Below are positions 1-16,255 of a DNA stretch of 64,000 bases, in pieces. The notes under the pieces were generated by a model, which saw only the letters and a list, made by a program, of their open reading frames with translations, had not been told where the DNA came from and did no database searches. This DNA comes from Escherichia coli. Its GTDB lineage: Bacteria; Pseudomonadota; Gammaproteobacteria; Enterobacterales; Enterobacteriaceae. Made by a program: the position numbers and the translations under genes. Position 1 is the first letter of the stretch, and each line of letters starts with the position of its first letter. Location of the stretch: the NCBI RefSeq assembly GCF_003334815.1, contig NZ_QOWO01000001.1. One strand, given 5' to 3'.

Positions 1-479
1 GCCATGCGCGCTTCAATGTGCCTGGAACATGGCGGGCCGGGTCGGACGCCGTGCGTCAGATCCTGCGCCAGCAAGCCGGTGTCGATATTGGAAACACCAT
101 TATTGCCGATGGTTCAGGGCTTTCGCGGCATAACCTGATTGCCCCCGCCACCATGATGCAGGTGCTGCAATACATTGCCCAACACGACAATGAACTTAAC
201 TTTATCTCCATGCTGCCGCTGGCGGGCTATGACGGCTCTTTGCAGTACCGTGCAGGTCTGCATCAGGCGGGCGTGGATGGAAAAGTCTCAGCGAAAACCG
301 GTTCGTTGCAGGGGGTATATAACCTGGCGGGATTCATTACCACAGCGAGCGGGCAACGAATGGCGTTTGTGCAATATCTTTCTGGCTATGCAGTAGAACC
401 TGCGGATCAGCGTAATCGCCGTATTCCGTTAGTGCGTTTTGAAAGCCGTTTGTATAAAGATATTTATCAGAACAATTAG
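1..479 (+). CDS. dacB: D-alanyl-D-alanine carboxypeptidase/endopeptidase PBP4, C-terminal part (5' end lies outside the window)
   Basis: The frame is open from the window edge to TAG at 477-479. The translation ends ...RFESRLYKDIYQNN, which I recognise as the PBP4 C-terminus. Its position next to obgE matches the E. coli map. Confidence 0.9.
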   Translation, partial: HARFNVPGTWRAGSDAVRQILRQQAGVDIGNTIIADGSGLSRHNLIAPATMMQVLQYIAQHDNELNFISMLPLAGYDGSLQYRAGLHQAGVDGKVSAKTGSLQGVYNLAGFITTASGQRMAFVQYLSGYAVEPADQRNRRIPLVRFESRLYKDIYQNN

Positions 480-490
480 TCAAAAAGAAA

Positions 491-509
491 CCCCGGCACA
501 TGGCCGGGG
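491..509. terminator. GC hairpin between convergent dacB and obgE, likely a bidirectional intrinsic terminator
   Basis: CCCCGGC (491-497) pairs with GCCGGGG (503-509). Read on the minus strand the hairpin is followed by TTTCTTTTT (490-481), which fits termination of obgE. Confidence 0.6.
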
Positions 510-540
510 CTTCAGATTATTGACAAAGTGCGCTTTGTTT

Positions 541-640
<100 letters not shown>

Positions 641-664
641 TGATTTGGCGTTTATCATCAGTGA

Positions 665-1852
<1,188 letters not shown>

Positions 1853-2818
1853 TCATTCGCCTGCGCGGGGTTGCGATACCACCGTTGTATGCTTACGTAA
1901 TCCGCCCCAAATACGATGACCAATGGCGGAATACATCGCGCCCGCAACCACGACAAACGCACCGAGATAACCTAAAAGGTTTAACATCGGTCTGGCGAAG
2001 AAATCGGGCCAGGCCAGTGATAAAAGATCTGAAAAAAACAGCGTAAACAGTGGGGTGAGCGTGATGATCGCGCTCACCTGCGCTGCCTGCCAGCGAGCCA
2101 TCGCTTCCGCCAGGGCGCCATATCCTACCAAGGTATTCAGTCCGCAAAAAATTAAACATGCGAGCTGCCAGTGGCTAAGCTGCGCTATCACTCCAGGCTT
2201 TGCCAGAGGGAAGAGCGCAATTGTACATAAAGTGTACAGTAAAAACAGGATCTGCGGTGAGGCCAGCCGACGCAATAAAACCTTTTGCGCCACGCCATAA
2301 CTCACCCAAACCGTCGCCGCACCGACCCCAAAGATAACTCCCCAGGTGTAATCGGTGAGCTTTGTAAATATCTCGACCAGACTGGTGTTAAAAAACATCA
2401 CCAGGCCGCTCAGGAGCATCAATGCCCCTACAACCTGAGTGCTGCGCATTTTCTCTTTGAGGATAAATACGCTGGCAACCATCATGCCAACTGGCGAGAG
2501 TTGCCCAATCACCTGCGAAGCGGTCGGACTCAGGTATTGCAAGGATGAGCTGAACAGGATGAAGTTCCCAAACAGCCCGGCGGTCGCCACTGCCAACAAA
2601 ATCAACCAGCGTGGCTTACGAAACACGCGTAATGGCGGCAACCTCTTCTTCACCGCAAGAATGGCACCCAGGCCAATACTCGCCATCAAGAAACGGTAAA
2701 ACACGATTGTCGGAGGTTCCATCACCTCCAGCACCTGCTTCATTGCGATTGGCAACGCCCCCCAGCAAATTGCTGTGGTGAGCGCCAAAAGAATGCCAAT
2801 GCCTGCCTGCTGCTTCAT
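1853..2818 (-). CDS. yhbE: EamA/DMT-family inner membrane transporter
   Basis: 321-aa polytopic hydrophobic ORF immediately downstream of obgE, as in E. coli. Confidence 0.85.
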   Translation of the reverse strand: MKQQAGIGILLALTTAICWGALPIAMKQVLEVMEPPTIVFYRFLMASIGLGAILAVKKRLPPLRVFRKPRWLILLAVATAGLFGNFILFSSSLQYLSPTASQVIGQLSPVGMMVASVFILKEKMRSTQVVGALMLLSGLVMFFNTSLVEIFTKLTDYTWGVIFGVGAATVWVSYGVAQKVLLRRLASPQILFLLYTLCTIALFPLAKPGVIAQLSHWQLACLIFCGLNTLVGYGALAEAMARWQAAQVSAIITLTPLFTLFFSDLLSLAWPDFFARPMLNLLGYLGAFVVVAGAMYSAIGHRIWGGLRKHTTVVSQPRAGE

Positions 2819-2889
2819 ACCGTATTCCCTGCAAAGCGCATTTGCGGATTAACGTCGCACCATGCGCATTTTTACCGGTTATCGAATGT

Positions 2890-2916
2890 AAAAAGCCCCG
2901 CAACGTGTTGCGGGGC
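2890..2916 (-). terminator. Intrinsic terminator of the rplU-rpmA operon
   Basis: GCCCCGCAAC (2895-2904) pairs with GTTGCGGGGC (2907-2916). A T-run follows on the minus strand (complement of the A-run at 2890-2894). Confidence 0.8.
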
Positions 2917-2944
2917 TTTCATCCGTTACCGGGACGCGAAAAAC

Positions 2945-3570
<626 letters not shown>

Positions 3571-3606
3571 TCAGAGTGCGCTATAAATATTCACAATAGG
3601 GCGCGA

Positions 3607-3635
3607 ATATTACGCAAAACGCACGCCTTTGACAA
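3607..3635 (-). promoter_or_regulatory. Putative sigma70 promoter of rplU-rpmA
   Basis: On the minus strand: TTGTCA (3635-3630), a 17-nt spacer, then TAATAT (3612-3607), about 70 nt upstream of the rplU ATG. This is a motif match only. Confidence 0.45.
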
Positions 3636-3792
3636 GTGCTACAGTCAATACACGAAGAAAAAAAACACAACTTGTACGGTAACGTTTATCTGTGCCATTT
3701 TTTCAGTACAATCACCCTATATTCCTAACCATAAACCCTAAGTTGCCTTTGTTCACAGTAAGGTAATCGGGGCGAAAAGCCCGGCTTTTGCG

Positions 3793-4764
3793 ATGAATTT
3801 AGAAAAAATCAATGAGTTAACCGCGCAAGATATGGCGGGTGTTAATGCGGCAATCCTTGAGCAGCTTAATTCCGACGTCCAACTGATCAATCAGTTAGGC
3901 TATTACATCGTCAGCGGCGGCGGTAAACGTATTCGTCCGATGATTGCTGTACTGGCTGCACGAGCTGTTGGCTATGAGGGAAATGCGCATGTCACCATTG
4001 CTGCCCTGATCGAGTTTATCCACACGGCGACTCTGCTACACGACGACGTTGTGGATGAATCAGATATGCGCAGGGGTAAAGCTACCGCCAACGCCGCATT
4101 TGGCAATGCCGCCAGCGTGCTGGTAGGCGATTTTATTTATACCCGCGCTTTCCAGATGATGACCAGCCTCGGTTCGCTCAAAGTGCTGGAAGTCATGTCA
4201 GAAGCCGTAAACGTCATCGCAGAAGGTGAAGTTCTGCAACTGATGAACGTTAACGATCCGGACATCACTGAAGAAAACTACATGCGCGTTATCTATAGCA
4301 AAACCGCGCGTCTGTTTGAGGCTGCCGCGCAGTGTTCCGGGATTCTGGCTGGCTGTACGCCGGAGGAGGAGAAAGGCCTGCAGGATTATGGGCGCTATCT
4401 CGGCACTGCTTTCCAGTTGATCGACGATTTACTCGATTACAATGCCGATGGCGAACAGTTAGGTAAAAATGTCGGCGACGATCTGAACGAAGGTAAACCG
4501 ACGCTGCCGCTGCTGCATGCGATGCATCATGGCACACCAGAACAGGCACAGATGATCCGTACCGCCATCGAACAGGGTAACGGTCGCCATCTTCTGGAAC
4601 CGGTTCTGGAAGCAATGAACGCTTGTGGATCTCTTGAATGGACGCGTCAGCGTGCCGAGGAAGAAGCAGACAAAGCCATCGCAGCGTTACAGGTGCTCCC
4701 GGACACCCCTTGGCGAGAAGCACTCATCGGCCTCGCGCACATCGCTGTTCAACGCGATCGTTAA
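3793..4764 (+). CDS. ispB: Octaprenyl diphosphate synthase
   Basis: 323-aa ORF with the trans-prenyltransferase motifs LLHDDVVDESDMRRG and FQLIDDLLDY. Confidence 0.96.
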   Translation: MNLEKINELTAQDMAGVNAAILEQLNSDVQLINQLGYYIVSGGGKRIRPMIAVLAARAVGYEGNAHVTIAALIEFIHTATLLHDDVVDESDMRRGKATANAAFGNAASVLVGDFIYTRAFQMMTSLGSLKVLEVMSEAVNVIAEGEVLQLMNVNDPDITEENYMRVIYSKTARLFEAAAQCSGILAGCTPEEEKGLQDYGRYLGTAFQLIDDLLDYNADGEQLGKNVGDDLNEGKPTLPLLHAMHHGTPEQAQMIRTAIEQGNGRHLLEPVLEAMNACGSLEWTRQRAEEEADKAIAALQVLPDTPWREALIGLAHIAVQRDR

Positions 4765-4775
4765 TCCCCTCCCCT

Positions 4776-4798
4776 CATCCCGCGCAGCGCGCGGGATG
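4776..4798 (+). terminator. GC-rich hairpin downstream of ispB (possible terminator, no clear U-tract)
   Basis: CATCCCGCGC (4776-4785) pairs with GCGCGGGATG (4789-4798), 12 nt after the ispB stop. Confidence 0.4.
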
Positions 4799-4991
4799 GT
4801 TCCAGTAAGTTCCATAAAAACACTTATTCAGCTCTATAACACCTGAAAAATAGGGATGTGCATCTTTATATATTCTGAATATTCACACTCTTTACAGGAA
4901 CTTTTTAGAGCAATAGGCCATCAGGAGTATAGTGATGCTCGACAGAAGAAGTGTTCTGAATGAAAGCGACTAACTTAAGGAGTGAGGAAAA

Positions 4992-5270
4992 ATGGAAAGT
5001 AATTTCATTGACTGGCATCCCGCTGACATCATTGCGGGTTTGCGCAAGAAGGGAACGTCAATGGCGGCGGAATCTCGCAGAAATGGTTTGAGTTCCTCAA
5101 CGCTGGCGAATGCATTATCGCGCCCATGGCCGAAAGGAGAGATGATTATTGCGAAAGCCCTGGGAACTGACCCCTGGGTTATCTGGCCATCACGCTACCA
5201 TGATCCGCAGACCCATGAGTTTATCGACAGAACGCAGTTGATGCGTAGCTACACTAAACCGAAAAAATGA
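4992..5270 (+). CDS. sfsB: Ner-like DNA-binding transcriptional regulator (Nlp/SfsB)
   Basis: 92-aa ORF starting MESNFIDWHPADIIAGLRKKGTSMAAESRRNGLSSSTLANAL, with a Ner-type HTH. Confidence 0.9.
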   Translation: MESNFIDWHPADIIAGLRKKGTSMAAESRRNGLSSSTLANALSRPWPKGEMIIAKALGTDPWVIWPSRYHDPQTHEFIDRTQLMRSYTKPKK

Positions 5271-5317
5271 GTGGTCTGGCGGTAGCCCCGCGAACGGGGC
5301 TGCCAGCTCTCAGACGA

Positions 5318-6577
<1,260 letters not shown>

Positions 6578-6631
6578 TTAGTTTGTTCTCAGTTAACAAT
6601 TCATATCCGCTACCGGCGAATCGCCCATAGC

Positions 6632-6886
6632 TCAAAAGCCGTTCAGTTTGCGATCGCGCGCCCACTCCGCAGGGGTATACGCTTTGATCGACACAGCATG
6701 AATGCGGTTATCCGCAATATATTCCATCAGCGGACCATAGACCGTCTGCTGTTTTTTAACCCGACTCATGCCGTCAAACAACTCACCCACGGCAATAACC
6801 TGAAAGTGGCTGCCATCGCCGGAAACGTGGACTTCCTGGAGGGAGAGAGCGTTCATCAACACGCTCTGAATTTCATTATTTTCCAT
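6632..6886 (-). CDS. ibaG: BolA-family acid-stress protein IbaG (YrbA)
   Basis: The ORF is open to 6901 (MIEDP...). I chose the ATG at 6886 ([16 protein letters not shown]), which gives the 84-aa form I remember. The 6901 start cannot be excluded. Confidence 0.85.
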
Positions 6887-7004
6887 GGGATCTTCAATCA
6901 TCAGTTAATAAACCAGCGAAACATCTTAGAGCAAAGTTGCGCTGGCATAAATAAGCAAAAAGCCTCGCTGATAAATCAGACAAGGCTCGACTTGCAGGCA
7001 GGTT

Positions 7005-7036
7005 TGCCGGACAGGCGGTTAACGCCATATCCGGCC
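7005..7036. repeat. Single REP-like palindromic unit
   Basis: TGCCGGACAGGCGGTTAACGCCATATCCGGCC, lying between the mlaB stop and the ibaG start. Confidence 0.55.
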
Positions 7037-7045
7037 TGAAAAAAT

Positions 7046-7338
7046 TTAACGAGGCAGAACATCAGCAGGCAAATTATACAATTTCGCCAGGGTATACACT
7101 TTGTCGTTTACCCCCTGAAGCGTCACATTGTTGCCCTGCTTTTTCGCCAGATCGATAAGATGGAGCAGCAGTGCCAGTCCCCCCGTATCCACGCGGGAGA
7201 CACGGCTAAGATCGATGCAGGTAATCCCCTTCACCGCTTCCTCACGCATTTCCCAAAGCGGTAGCAAAACGTCCTGATCCAGCTCTCCGGATAACGCCAG
7301 CGTGTCACCCGTCTGCATCCAGCTCAGTGACTCGCTCA

Positions 7339-7339
<1 letters not shown>
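7046..7339 (-). CDS. mlaB: STAS-domain subunit of the Mla phospholipid transport system
   Basis: Known N-terminus MSESLSWMQTGDTLALSGEL at the ATG ending at 7339, giving 97 aa. That ATG overlaps the mlaC stop by 1 nt (TAATG), and the upstream ORF extension was discarded. Confidence 0.93.
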
Positions 7340-7992
<653 letters not shown>

Positions 7993-8544
7993 TTATTTCG
8001 TTGTACCCACAGGTTCAGTGGTTTCATTATTACCTGGCGCAGCAGCTGGCGCATCGCCACTATTCTTATTGTCATCGCCTTTACTACCGTAAAGGAACTG
8101 ACCAATGAGATCTTCCAGCACCATCGCAGACTTAGTGTCCTGAATTGTATCGCCATCCTTCAGGATAGCAGTCCCCAGTTCCGGGTCTTCAAAACCGACG
8201 TTTAATGCCAGATATTGTTCCCCCAGCAGGCCGGAAGTACGAATGCTCAGCGAACTGGTATCTGGAATGTGGTTATAACGTTGTTCAATTTCCAGCGTTA
8301 CGCGCGGCAGATAGGTTTTCGGGTCCAGCGTAATATCCGCCACCCGACCCACAACAACGCCACCAATACTGACCGGAGAGCGCGCTTTCAGGCCGCCAAT
8401 GTTATCGAACGTCGCATAAAGCGTGTAGGTCGGTTCAGTACGTATGGACGTCACGTTCGCCGCCTTCAGGCAAACAAACAGCGCCGCCAGCAGTGCTGCT
8501 AATAAAAAGATACCCACCCAAATTTCATTTTTTTTCGTTTGCAT
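7993..8544 (-). CDS. mlaD: MCE-domain protein MlaD
   Basis: Known N-terminus MQTKKNEIWVGIFLLAALLA at 8544, giving 183 aa. Confidence 0.94.
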   Translation of the reverse strand: MQTKKNEIWVGIFLLAALLAALFVCLKAANVTSIRTEPTYTLYATFDNIGGLKARSPVSIGGVVVGRVADITLDPKTYLPRVTLEIEQRYNHIPDTSSLSIRTSGLLGEQYLALNVGFEDPELGTAILKDGDTIQDTKSAMVLEDLIGQFLYGSKGDDNKNSGDAPAAAPGNNETTEPVGTTK

Positions 8545-8548
8545 GAAC

Positions 8549-10148
<1,600 letters not shown>

Positions 10149-10357
10149 AATTCACCCTTCGTCTTGCGTTGATTTTCTAAGCATGGCGCTCAATTTAACC
10201 TTGAACCCAACATATTTACAGAATATTACCCGCCGTGGTTAGCGAAAGCTGGCATTTGTTTTACTTTTTAGCCGCATAAAGTCAAAATTAAGCATCCGTT
10301 ACGGCTTTCTGAAAATCTTCAGCGGACCGGCGAGTATACCTGAAGAAAGGACGTTAG

Positions 10358-11335
10358 ATGCTTTTAGCTACGGCACTGTTAATTGTTGGTTTACTTTTGG
10401 TCGTTTACAGTGCCGACCGCCTGGTTTTTGCCGCGTCTATTCTTTGCCGAACCTTTGGCATCCCGCCGCTGATCATCGGCATGACGGTGGTCAGTATTGG
10501 TACATCGTTACCAGAAGTCATCGTCTCGCTTGCCGCGTCTCTGCACGAACAACGCGATTTAGCCGTTGGTACAGCCCTCGGCTCAAACATTATCAATATA
10601 TTGCTGATCCTCGGTCTGGCTGCGCTGGTTCGTCCTTTTACCGTCCATTCTGATGTTCTACGCCGTGAATTACCCTTAATGTTGTTGGTCAGCGTGGTGG
10701 CCGGTTCCGTACTCTATGACGGACAACTTAGTCGCAGCGATGGTATCTTTCTCCTCTTTCTGGCTGTGCTATGGCTGCTGTTCATTGTTAAACTTGCACG
10801 TCAGGCTGAACGTCAGGGGACTGACAGCCTGACCAGAGAGCAGCTTGCAGAGCTGCCGCGTGACGGCGGATTGCCCGTCGCGTTTTTATGGCTCGGCATT
10901 GCGCTTATCATCATGCCAGTGGCCACGCGGATGGTGGTTGATAACGCCACGGTGCTGGCGAATTACTTTGCCATCAGCGAGTTGACGATGGGTCTGACGG
11001 CAATTGCTATCGGAACCAGCCTGCCGGAACTGGCAACCGCAATAGCGGGGGTTCGCAAAGGTGAAAACGACATTGCTGTCGGAAATATCATTGGCGCAAA
11101 CATTTTTAATATTGTCATCGTGTTGGGTTTACCCGCGCTGATAACGCCAGGAGAGATTGATCCACTGGCGTACAGTCGTGACTACAGCGTGATGTTGCTG
11201 GTGAGCATTATTTTTGCGTTGCTGTGCTGGCGGCGCTCCCCGCAACCGGGCCGTGGTGTAGGGGTATTATTAACTGGCGGATTTATCGTATGGCTGGCGA
11301 TGTTGTACTGGTTATCGCCAATACTCGTTGAATAA
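10358..11335 (+). CDS. yrbG: CaCA-family (Na+/Ca2+ exchanger-like) inner membrane protein
   Basis: 325-aa ORF with two alpha-repeat motifs (GTSLPE...). It is divergent from mlaF. Confidence 0.9.
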   Translation: MLLATALLIVGLLLVVYSADRLVFAASILCRTFGIPPLIIGMTVVSIGTSLPEVIVSLAASLHEQRDLAVGTALGSNIINILLILGLAALVRPFTVHSDVLRRELPLMLLVSVVAGSVLYDGQLSRSDGIFLLFLAVLWLLFIVKLARQAERQGTDSLTREQLAELPRDGGLPVAFLWLGIALIIMPVATRMVVDNATVLANYFAISELTMGLTAIAIGTSLPELATAIAGVRKGENDIAVGNIIGANIFNIVIVLGLPALITPGEIDPLAYSRDYSVMLLVSIIFALLCWRRSPQPGRGVGVLLTGGFIVWLAMLYWLSPILVE

Positions 11336-11348
11336 CTGGAAACGCATT

Positions 11349-12335
11349 ATGTCGCACGTAGAGTTACAACCGGGTTTTGACTTTCAGCAAGCAGGTAAAG
11401 AAGTCCTGGCGATTGAACGTGAATGCCTGGCGGAGCTTGATCAATACATCAATCAGAATTTCACGCTTGCCTGTGAAAAGATGTTCTGGTGTAAAGGGAA
11501 AGTTGTCGTCATGGGGATGGGAAAATCGGGGCATATTGGGCGAAAAATGGCGGCAACGTTTGCCAGCACCGGTACACCTTCATTTTTCGTCCATCCTGGT
11601 GAAGCCGCGCATGGTGATTTAGGCATGGTTACCCCACAGGATGTGGTGATTGCTATCTCTAACTCTGGTGAATCCAGCGAAATCACGGCCTTAATTCCAG
11701 TGCTTAAGCGTCTTCACGTACCGTTAATCTGCATCACCGGTCGCCCGGAGAGCAGCATGGCGCGCGCCGCAGATGTGCATCTGTGTGTTAAAGTAGCGAA
11801 AGAAGCCTGTCCGTTAGGGCTGGCACCGACCAGCAGCACCACCGCCACGCTGGTTATGGGCGATGCCCTCGCTGTCGCGCTGTTAAAAGCACGCGGCTTT
11901 ACTGCTGAAGATTTTGCGCTCTCACACCCAGGCGGCGCACTGGGTCGTAAACTTCTGCTGCGCGTAAACGATATTATGCATACGGGCGATGAGATCCCGC
12001 ATGTTAAGAAAACGGCCAGTCTGCGTGACGCGTTGCTGGAAGTTACCCGCAAAAATCTTGGTATGACTGTCATTTGCGATGACAATATGATGATTGAAGG
12101 CATCTTTACCGACGGTGATTTACGCCGTGTCTTCGATATGGGCGTGGATGTTCGTCAGTTAAGTATTGCCGATGTGATGACGCCGGGGGGAATACGTGTG
12201 CGCCCTGGCATTCTGGCCGTTGAGGCACTGAACTTAATGCAGTCCCGCCATATCACCTCCGTGATGGTTGCCGATGGCGACCATTTACTCGGTGTGTTAC
12301 ATATGCATGATTTACTGCGTGCAGGCGTAGTGTAA
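11349..12335 (+). CDS. kdsD: D-arabinose 5-phosphate isomerase
   Basis: Known N-terminus MSHVELQPGFDFQQAGKEVL at the ATG at 11349, giving 328 aa. The protein has SIS plus CBS domains. Confidence 0.95.
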   Translation: MSHVELQPGFDFQQAGKEVLAIERECLAELDQYINQNFTLACEKMFWCKGKVVVMGMGKSGHIGRKMAATFASTGTPSFFVHPGEAAHGDLGMVTPQDVVIAISNSGESSEITALIPVLKRLHVPLICITGRPESSMARAADVHLCVKVAKEACPLGLAPTSSTTATLVMGDALAVALLKARGFTAEDFALSHPGGALGRKLLLRVNDIMHTGDEIPHVKKTASLRDALLEVTRKNLGMTVICDDNMMIEGIFTDGDLRRVFDMGVDVRQLSIADVMTPGGIRVRPGILAVEALNLMQSRHITSVMVADGDHLLGVLHMHDLLRAGVV

Positions 12336-12355
12336 AGATTCAAGGATAAACAACA

Positions 12356-12922
12356 ATGAGCAAAGCAGGTGCGTCGCTTGCGACCTGTTACGGCCCTGTC
12401 AGCGCCGACGTTATAGCAAAAGCAGAGAACATTCGTCTGCTGATCCTCGATGTCGATGGCGTACTGTCAGATGGCCTGATTTATATGGGCAATAATGGCG
12501 AAGAGCTGAAAGCGTTCAATGTTCGTGACGGTTATGGCATTCGTTGTGCGCTCACCTCTGATATTGAAGTCGCTATCATTACCGGGCGAAAGGCTAAACT
12601 GGTAGAAGATCGTTGTGCCACATTGGGGATCACTCACTTGTATCAGGGGCAGTCAAACAAACTGATCGCCTTTAGCGATCTGCTGGAAAAACTGGCGATT
12701 GCCCCGGAAAATGTGGCTTATGTCGGCGATGATCTCATCGACTGGCCGGTAATGGAAAAAGTGGGTTTAAGCGTCGCCGTGGCCGATGCGCATCCACTGT
12801 TGATCCCGCGCGCCGATTACGTGACGCGCATTGCTGGCGGTCGTGGCGCAGTGCGCGAAGTTTGCGACTTATTACTCCTGGCGCAGGGCAAACTGGATGA
12901 AGCCAAAGGGCAATCGATATGA
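12356..12922 (+). CDS. kdsC: KDO 8-phosphate phosphatase
   Basis: 188-aa HAD-family ORF with the motif LLILDVDGVLSDG. Confidence 0.95.
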   Translation: MSKAGASLATCYGPVSADVIAKAENIRLLILDVDGVLSDGLIYMGNNGEELKAFNVRDGYGIRCALTSDIEVAIITGRKAKLVEDRCATLGITHLYQGQSNKLIAFSDLLEKLAIAPENVAYVGDDLIDWPVMEKVGLSVAVADAHPLLIPRADYVTRIAGGRGAVREVCDLLLLAQGKLDEAKGQSI

Positions 12923-13494
12923 GTAAAGCCAGACGTTGGGTTATCATTGTGCTATCACTGGCGGTTCTGGTGATGATCGGCATTAATATGGCCGAAAAAG
13001 ACGATACCGCCCAGGTGGTCGTCAACAACAATGATCCCACCTATAAAAGCGAGCATACGGACACGCTCGTCTATAACCCAGAAGGGGCACTAAGCTATCG
13101 ATTGATTGCTCAACACGTTGAATATTATTCCGATCAGGCCGTTTCGTGGTTTACGCAGCCGGTACTTACCACGTTTGATAAGGATAAAATCCCGACATGG
13201 TCCGTAAAAGCAGATAAAGCCAAGCTGACCAATGACCGGATGCTCTATTTATATGGACACGTTGAAGTCAACGCACTTGTGCCAGACTCTCAACTTCGCA
13301 GAATCACGACGGATAACGCGCAGATCAATCTGGTGACGCAGGATGTTACCTCTGAAGACCTCGTCACGTTATACGGAACAACATTTAACTCCAGCGGTCT
13401 GAAAATGCGCGGCAACTTACGCAGCAAGAACGCCGAGCTGATTGAAAAGGTTAGAACATCCTATGAAATTCAAAACAAACAAACTCAGCCTTAA
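12919..13494 (+). CDS. lptC: LPS export protein LptC
   Basis: 191-aa ORF starting MSKARRWVIIVLSLAVLVMIG. Its ATG overlaps the kdsC stop (ATGA). Confidence 0.95.
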   Translation: MSKARRWVIIVLSLAVLVMIGINMAEKDDTAQVVVNNNDPTYKSEHTDTLVYNPEGALSYRLIAQHVEYYSDQAVSWFTQPVLTTFDKDKIPTWSVKADKAKLTNDRMLYLYGHVEVNALVPDSQLRRITTDNAQINLVTQDVTSEDLVTLYGTTFNSSGLKMRGNLRSKNAELIEKVRTSYEIQNKQTQP

Positions 13495-14020
13495 TCTTGT
13501 GCTTGCCAGCTCACTTCTGGCCGCCAGCATTCCGGCATTTGCCGTAACCGGAGACACTGATCAGCCGATCCACATTGAATCGGACCAGCAATCTCTTGAT
13601 ATGCAAGGCAACGTGGTTACCTTTACCGGTAATGTCATCGTCACCCAGGGCACCATCAAAATTAATGCCGACAAAGTGGTCGTTACCCGTCCGGGCGGCG
13701 AACAAGGTAAAGAAGTGATTGACGGCTACGGTAAACCGGCAACGTTCTACCAGATGCAGGACAACGGTAAACCCGTTGAAGGTCACGCTTCCCAGATGCA
13801 CTACGAACTGGCAAAAGATTTTGTCGTTCTGACGGGTAATGCTTATCTGCAGCAGGTCGATAGCAACATTAAGGGCGATAAGATCACTTACCTGGTGAAA
13901 GAGCAGAAAATGCAGGCTTTCAGCGACAAAGGCAAGCGCGTAACAACCGTTCTGGTGCCGTCGCAGCTGCAGGACAAAAACAACAAAGGCCAGACCCCGG
14001 CACAGAAGAAGGGTAATTAA
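13463..14020 (+). CDS. lptA: Periplasmic LPS transport protein LptA
   Basis: Known N-terminus MKFKTNKLSLNLVLASSLLAASIPAFA at 13463, giving 185 aa. The start lies 32 nt inside the 3' end of lptC. Confidence 0.95.
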   Translation: MKFKTNKLSLNLVLASSLLAASIPAFAVTGDTDQPIHIESDQQSLDMQGNVVTFTGNVIVTQGTIKINADKVVVTRPGGEQGKEVIDGYGKPATFYQMQDNGKPVEGHASQMHYELAKDFVVLTGNAYLQQVDSNIKGDKITYLVKEQKMQAFSDKGKRVTTVLVPSQLQDKNNKGQTPAQKKGN

Positions 14021-14026
14021 TTCGTT

Positions 14027-14752
14027 ATGGCAACATTAACTGCAAAGAACCTTGCAAAAGCCTATAAAGGCCGTCGCGTGGTAGAAGACGTCAGCCTGAC
14101 CGTCAACTCCGGGGAAATTGTCGGTCTGCTGGGGCCAAACGGTGCCGGTAAGACCACCACTTTCTACATGGTTGTAGGCATTGTGCCGCGCGATGCGGGC
14201 AACATCATTATTGATGATGACGATATCAGTCTGCTGCCTCTGCATGCACGCGCGCGCCGCGGTATCGGCTATCTGCCACAGGAAGCCTCCATTTTCCGTC
14301 GCCTCAGCGTTTACGATAACCTGATGGCGGTACTGCAAATTCGTGACGACTTGTCTGCTGAACAACGTGAAGACCGCGCGAACGAGCTGATGGAAGAGTT
14401 TCACATTGAGCACCTGCGTGACAGCATGGGGCAGTCACTCTCCGGGGGTGAACGTCGCCGTGTAGAAATTGCCCGCGCACTGGCTGCGAATCCGAAATTT
14501 ATTCTGCTCGACGAACCGTTTGCCGGGGTTGACCCGATCTCGGTTATCGACATTAAACGCATCATTGAGCACCTGCGCGACAGCGGCCTGGGCGTGCTGA
14601 TCACTGACCACAACGTGCGTGAAACACTGGCGGTTTGTGAACGCGCTTATATCGTCAGTCAGGGGCATTTGATCGCCCACGGCACGCCTACAGAAATCTT
14701 ACAAGACGAACACGTTAAGCGTGTATACCTTGGGGAAGACTTCAGACTCTGA
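14027..14752 (+). CDS. lptB: LPS export ABC ATPase LptB
   Basis: 241-aa ORF with Walker [10 protein letters not shown] and signature LSGGERRR. Confidence 0.97.
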
Positions 14753-14799
14753 TAGGGTAGAAGTTTGCGACGTTTTAGCAGGAGAGTACGATTCTGAAC

Positions 14800-16233
14800 A
14801 TGAAGCAAGGTTTGCAACTCAGGCTTAGCCAACAACTGGCGATGACGCCACAGCTCCAACAGGCAATTCGTCTGTTGCAGTTGTCGACGCTGGAACTTCA
14901 GCAGGAGCTACAGCAGGCGCTGGAGAGTAATCCGCTGCTTGAGCAAATCGACACTCATGAAGAAATCGACACCCGCGAAACGCAAGACAGTGAAACGCTG
15001 GACACCGCCGACGCGCTCGAACAAAAAGAGATGCCGGAAGAGCTGCCGCTCGATGCCAGTTGGGACACCATTTACACCGCTGGTACACCATCCGGCACCA
15101 GCGGTGACTACATTGACGACGAGCTGCCGGTCTACCAGGGCGAAACGACGCAGACCTTGCAGGATTACCTGATGTGGCAGGTTGAGCTGACACCGTTTTC
15201 CGACACTGACCGCGCTATTGCTACCTCTATCGTCGATGCCGTTGATGAAACCGGTTATCTGACTGTCCCGCTGGAAGATATTCTCGAAAGTATAGGCGAT
15301 GAAGAGATCGACATCGACGAAGTTGAAGCCGTCCTTAAGCGGATCCAACGGTTTGATCCGGTCGGTGTGGCGGCAAAAGATCTGCGTGACTGTCTGCTGA
15401 TCCAACTCTCCCAATTCGATAAGACCACGCCGTGGCTGGAAGAGGCCAGACTGATCATTAGCGATCATCTCGATCTGTTAGCCAATCACGACTTCCGCAC
15501 TTTAATGCGCGTCACGCGTCTGAAAGAAGATGTGCTGAAAGAAGCCGTCAATCTGATCCAGTCGCTCGATCCGCGCCCCGGGCAGTCGATCCAGACTGGC
15601 GAACCTGAGTATGTCATTCCAGATGTGCTGGTGCGTAAGCATAACGGTCACTGGACGGTAGAACTCAACAGTGACAGCATTCCGCGTCTGCAAATCAACC
15701 AGCACTACGCCTCGATGTGCAATAACGCGCGCAACGATGGTGACAGCCAGTTTATCCGCAGCAATCTGCAGGATGCCAAATGGTTGATCAAGAGTCTGGA
15801 AAGCCGTAACGATACGCTACTGCGCGTGAGTCGCTGTATCGTTGAACAGCAGCAAGCCTTCTTTGAGCAAGGTGAAGAATATATGAAACCGATGGTACTG
15901 GCCGATATCGCCCAGGCTGTCGAAATGCATGAATCGACGATATCTCGCGTGACCACGCAAAAATACCTGCATAGTCCACGAGGCATTTTTGAACTGAAGT
16001 ATTTCTTTTCCAGTCACGTCAATACCGAGGGCGGCGGCGAAGCTTCCTCCACGGCGATTCGTGCGCTGGTGAAGAAATTAATCGCGGCGGAAAACCCAGC
16101 GAAACCGTTGAGCGACAGCAAGTTAACCTCTTTGCTGTCGGAACAAGGTATCATGGTGGCACGCCGCACTGTTGCGAAGTACCGAGAGTCTTTATCCATT
16201 CCGCCGTCAAACCAGCGTAAACAACTCGTTTGA
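14800..16233 (+). CDS. rpoN: RNA polymerase sigma-54 factor
   Basis: 477-aa ORF starting [38 protein letters not shown], with the RpoN box [10 protein letters not shown]. Confidence 0.98.
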   Translation: MKQGLQLRLSQQLAMTPQLQQAIRLLQLSTLELQQELQQALESNPLLEQIDTHEEIDTRETQDSETLDTADALEQKEMPEELPLDASWDTIYTAGTPSGTSGDYIDDELPVYQGETTQTLQDYLMWQVELTPFSDTDRAIATSIVDAVDETGYLTVPLEDILESIGDEEIDIDEVEAVLKRIQRFDPVGVAAKDLRDCLLIQLSQFDKTTPWLEEARLIISDHLDLLANHDFRTLMRVTRLKEDVLKEAVNLIQSLDPRPGQSIQTGEPEYVIPDVLVRKHNGHWTVELNSDSIPRLQINQHYASMCNNARNDGDSQFIRSNLQDAKWLIKSLESRNDTLLRVSRCIVEQQQAFFEQGEEYMKPMVLADIAQAVEMHESTISRVTTQKYLHSPRGIFELKYFFSSHVNTEGGGEASSTAIRALVKKLIAAENPAKPLSDSKLTSLLSEQGIMVARRTVAKYRESLSIPPSNQRKQLV

Positions 16234-16255
16234 CCCAACCGATAAGGAAGACACT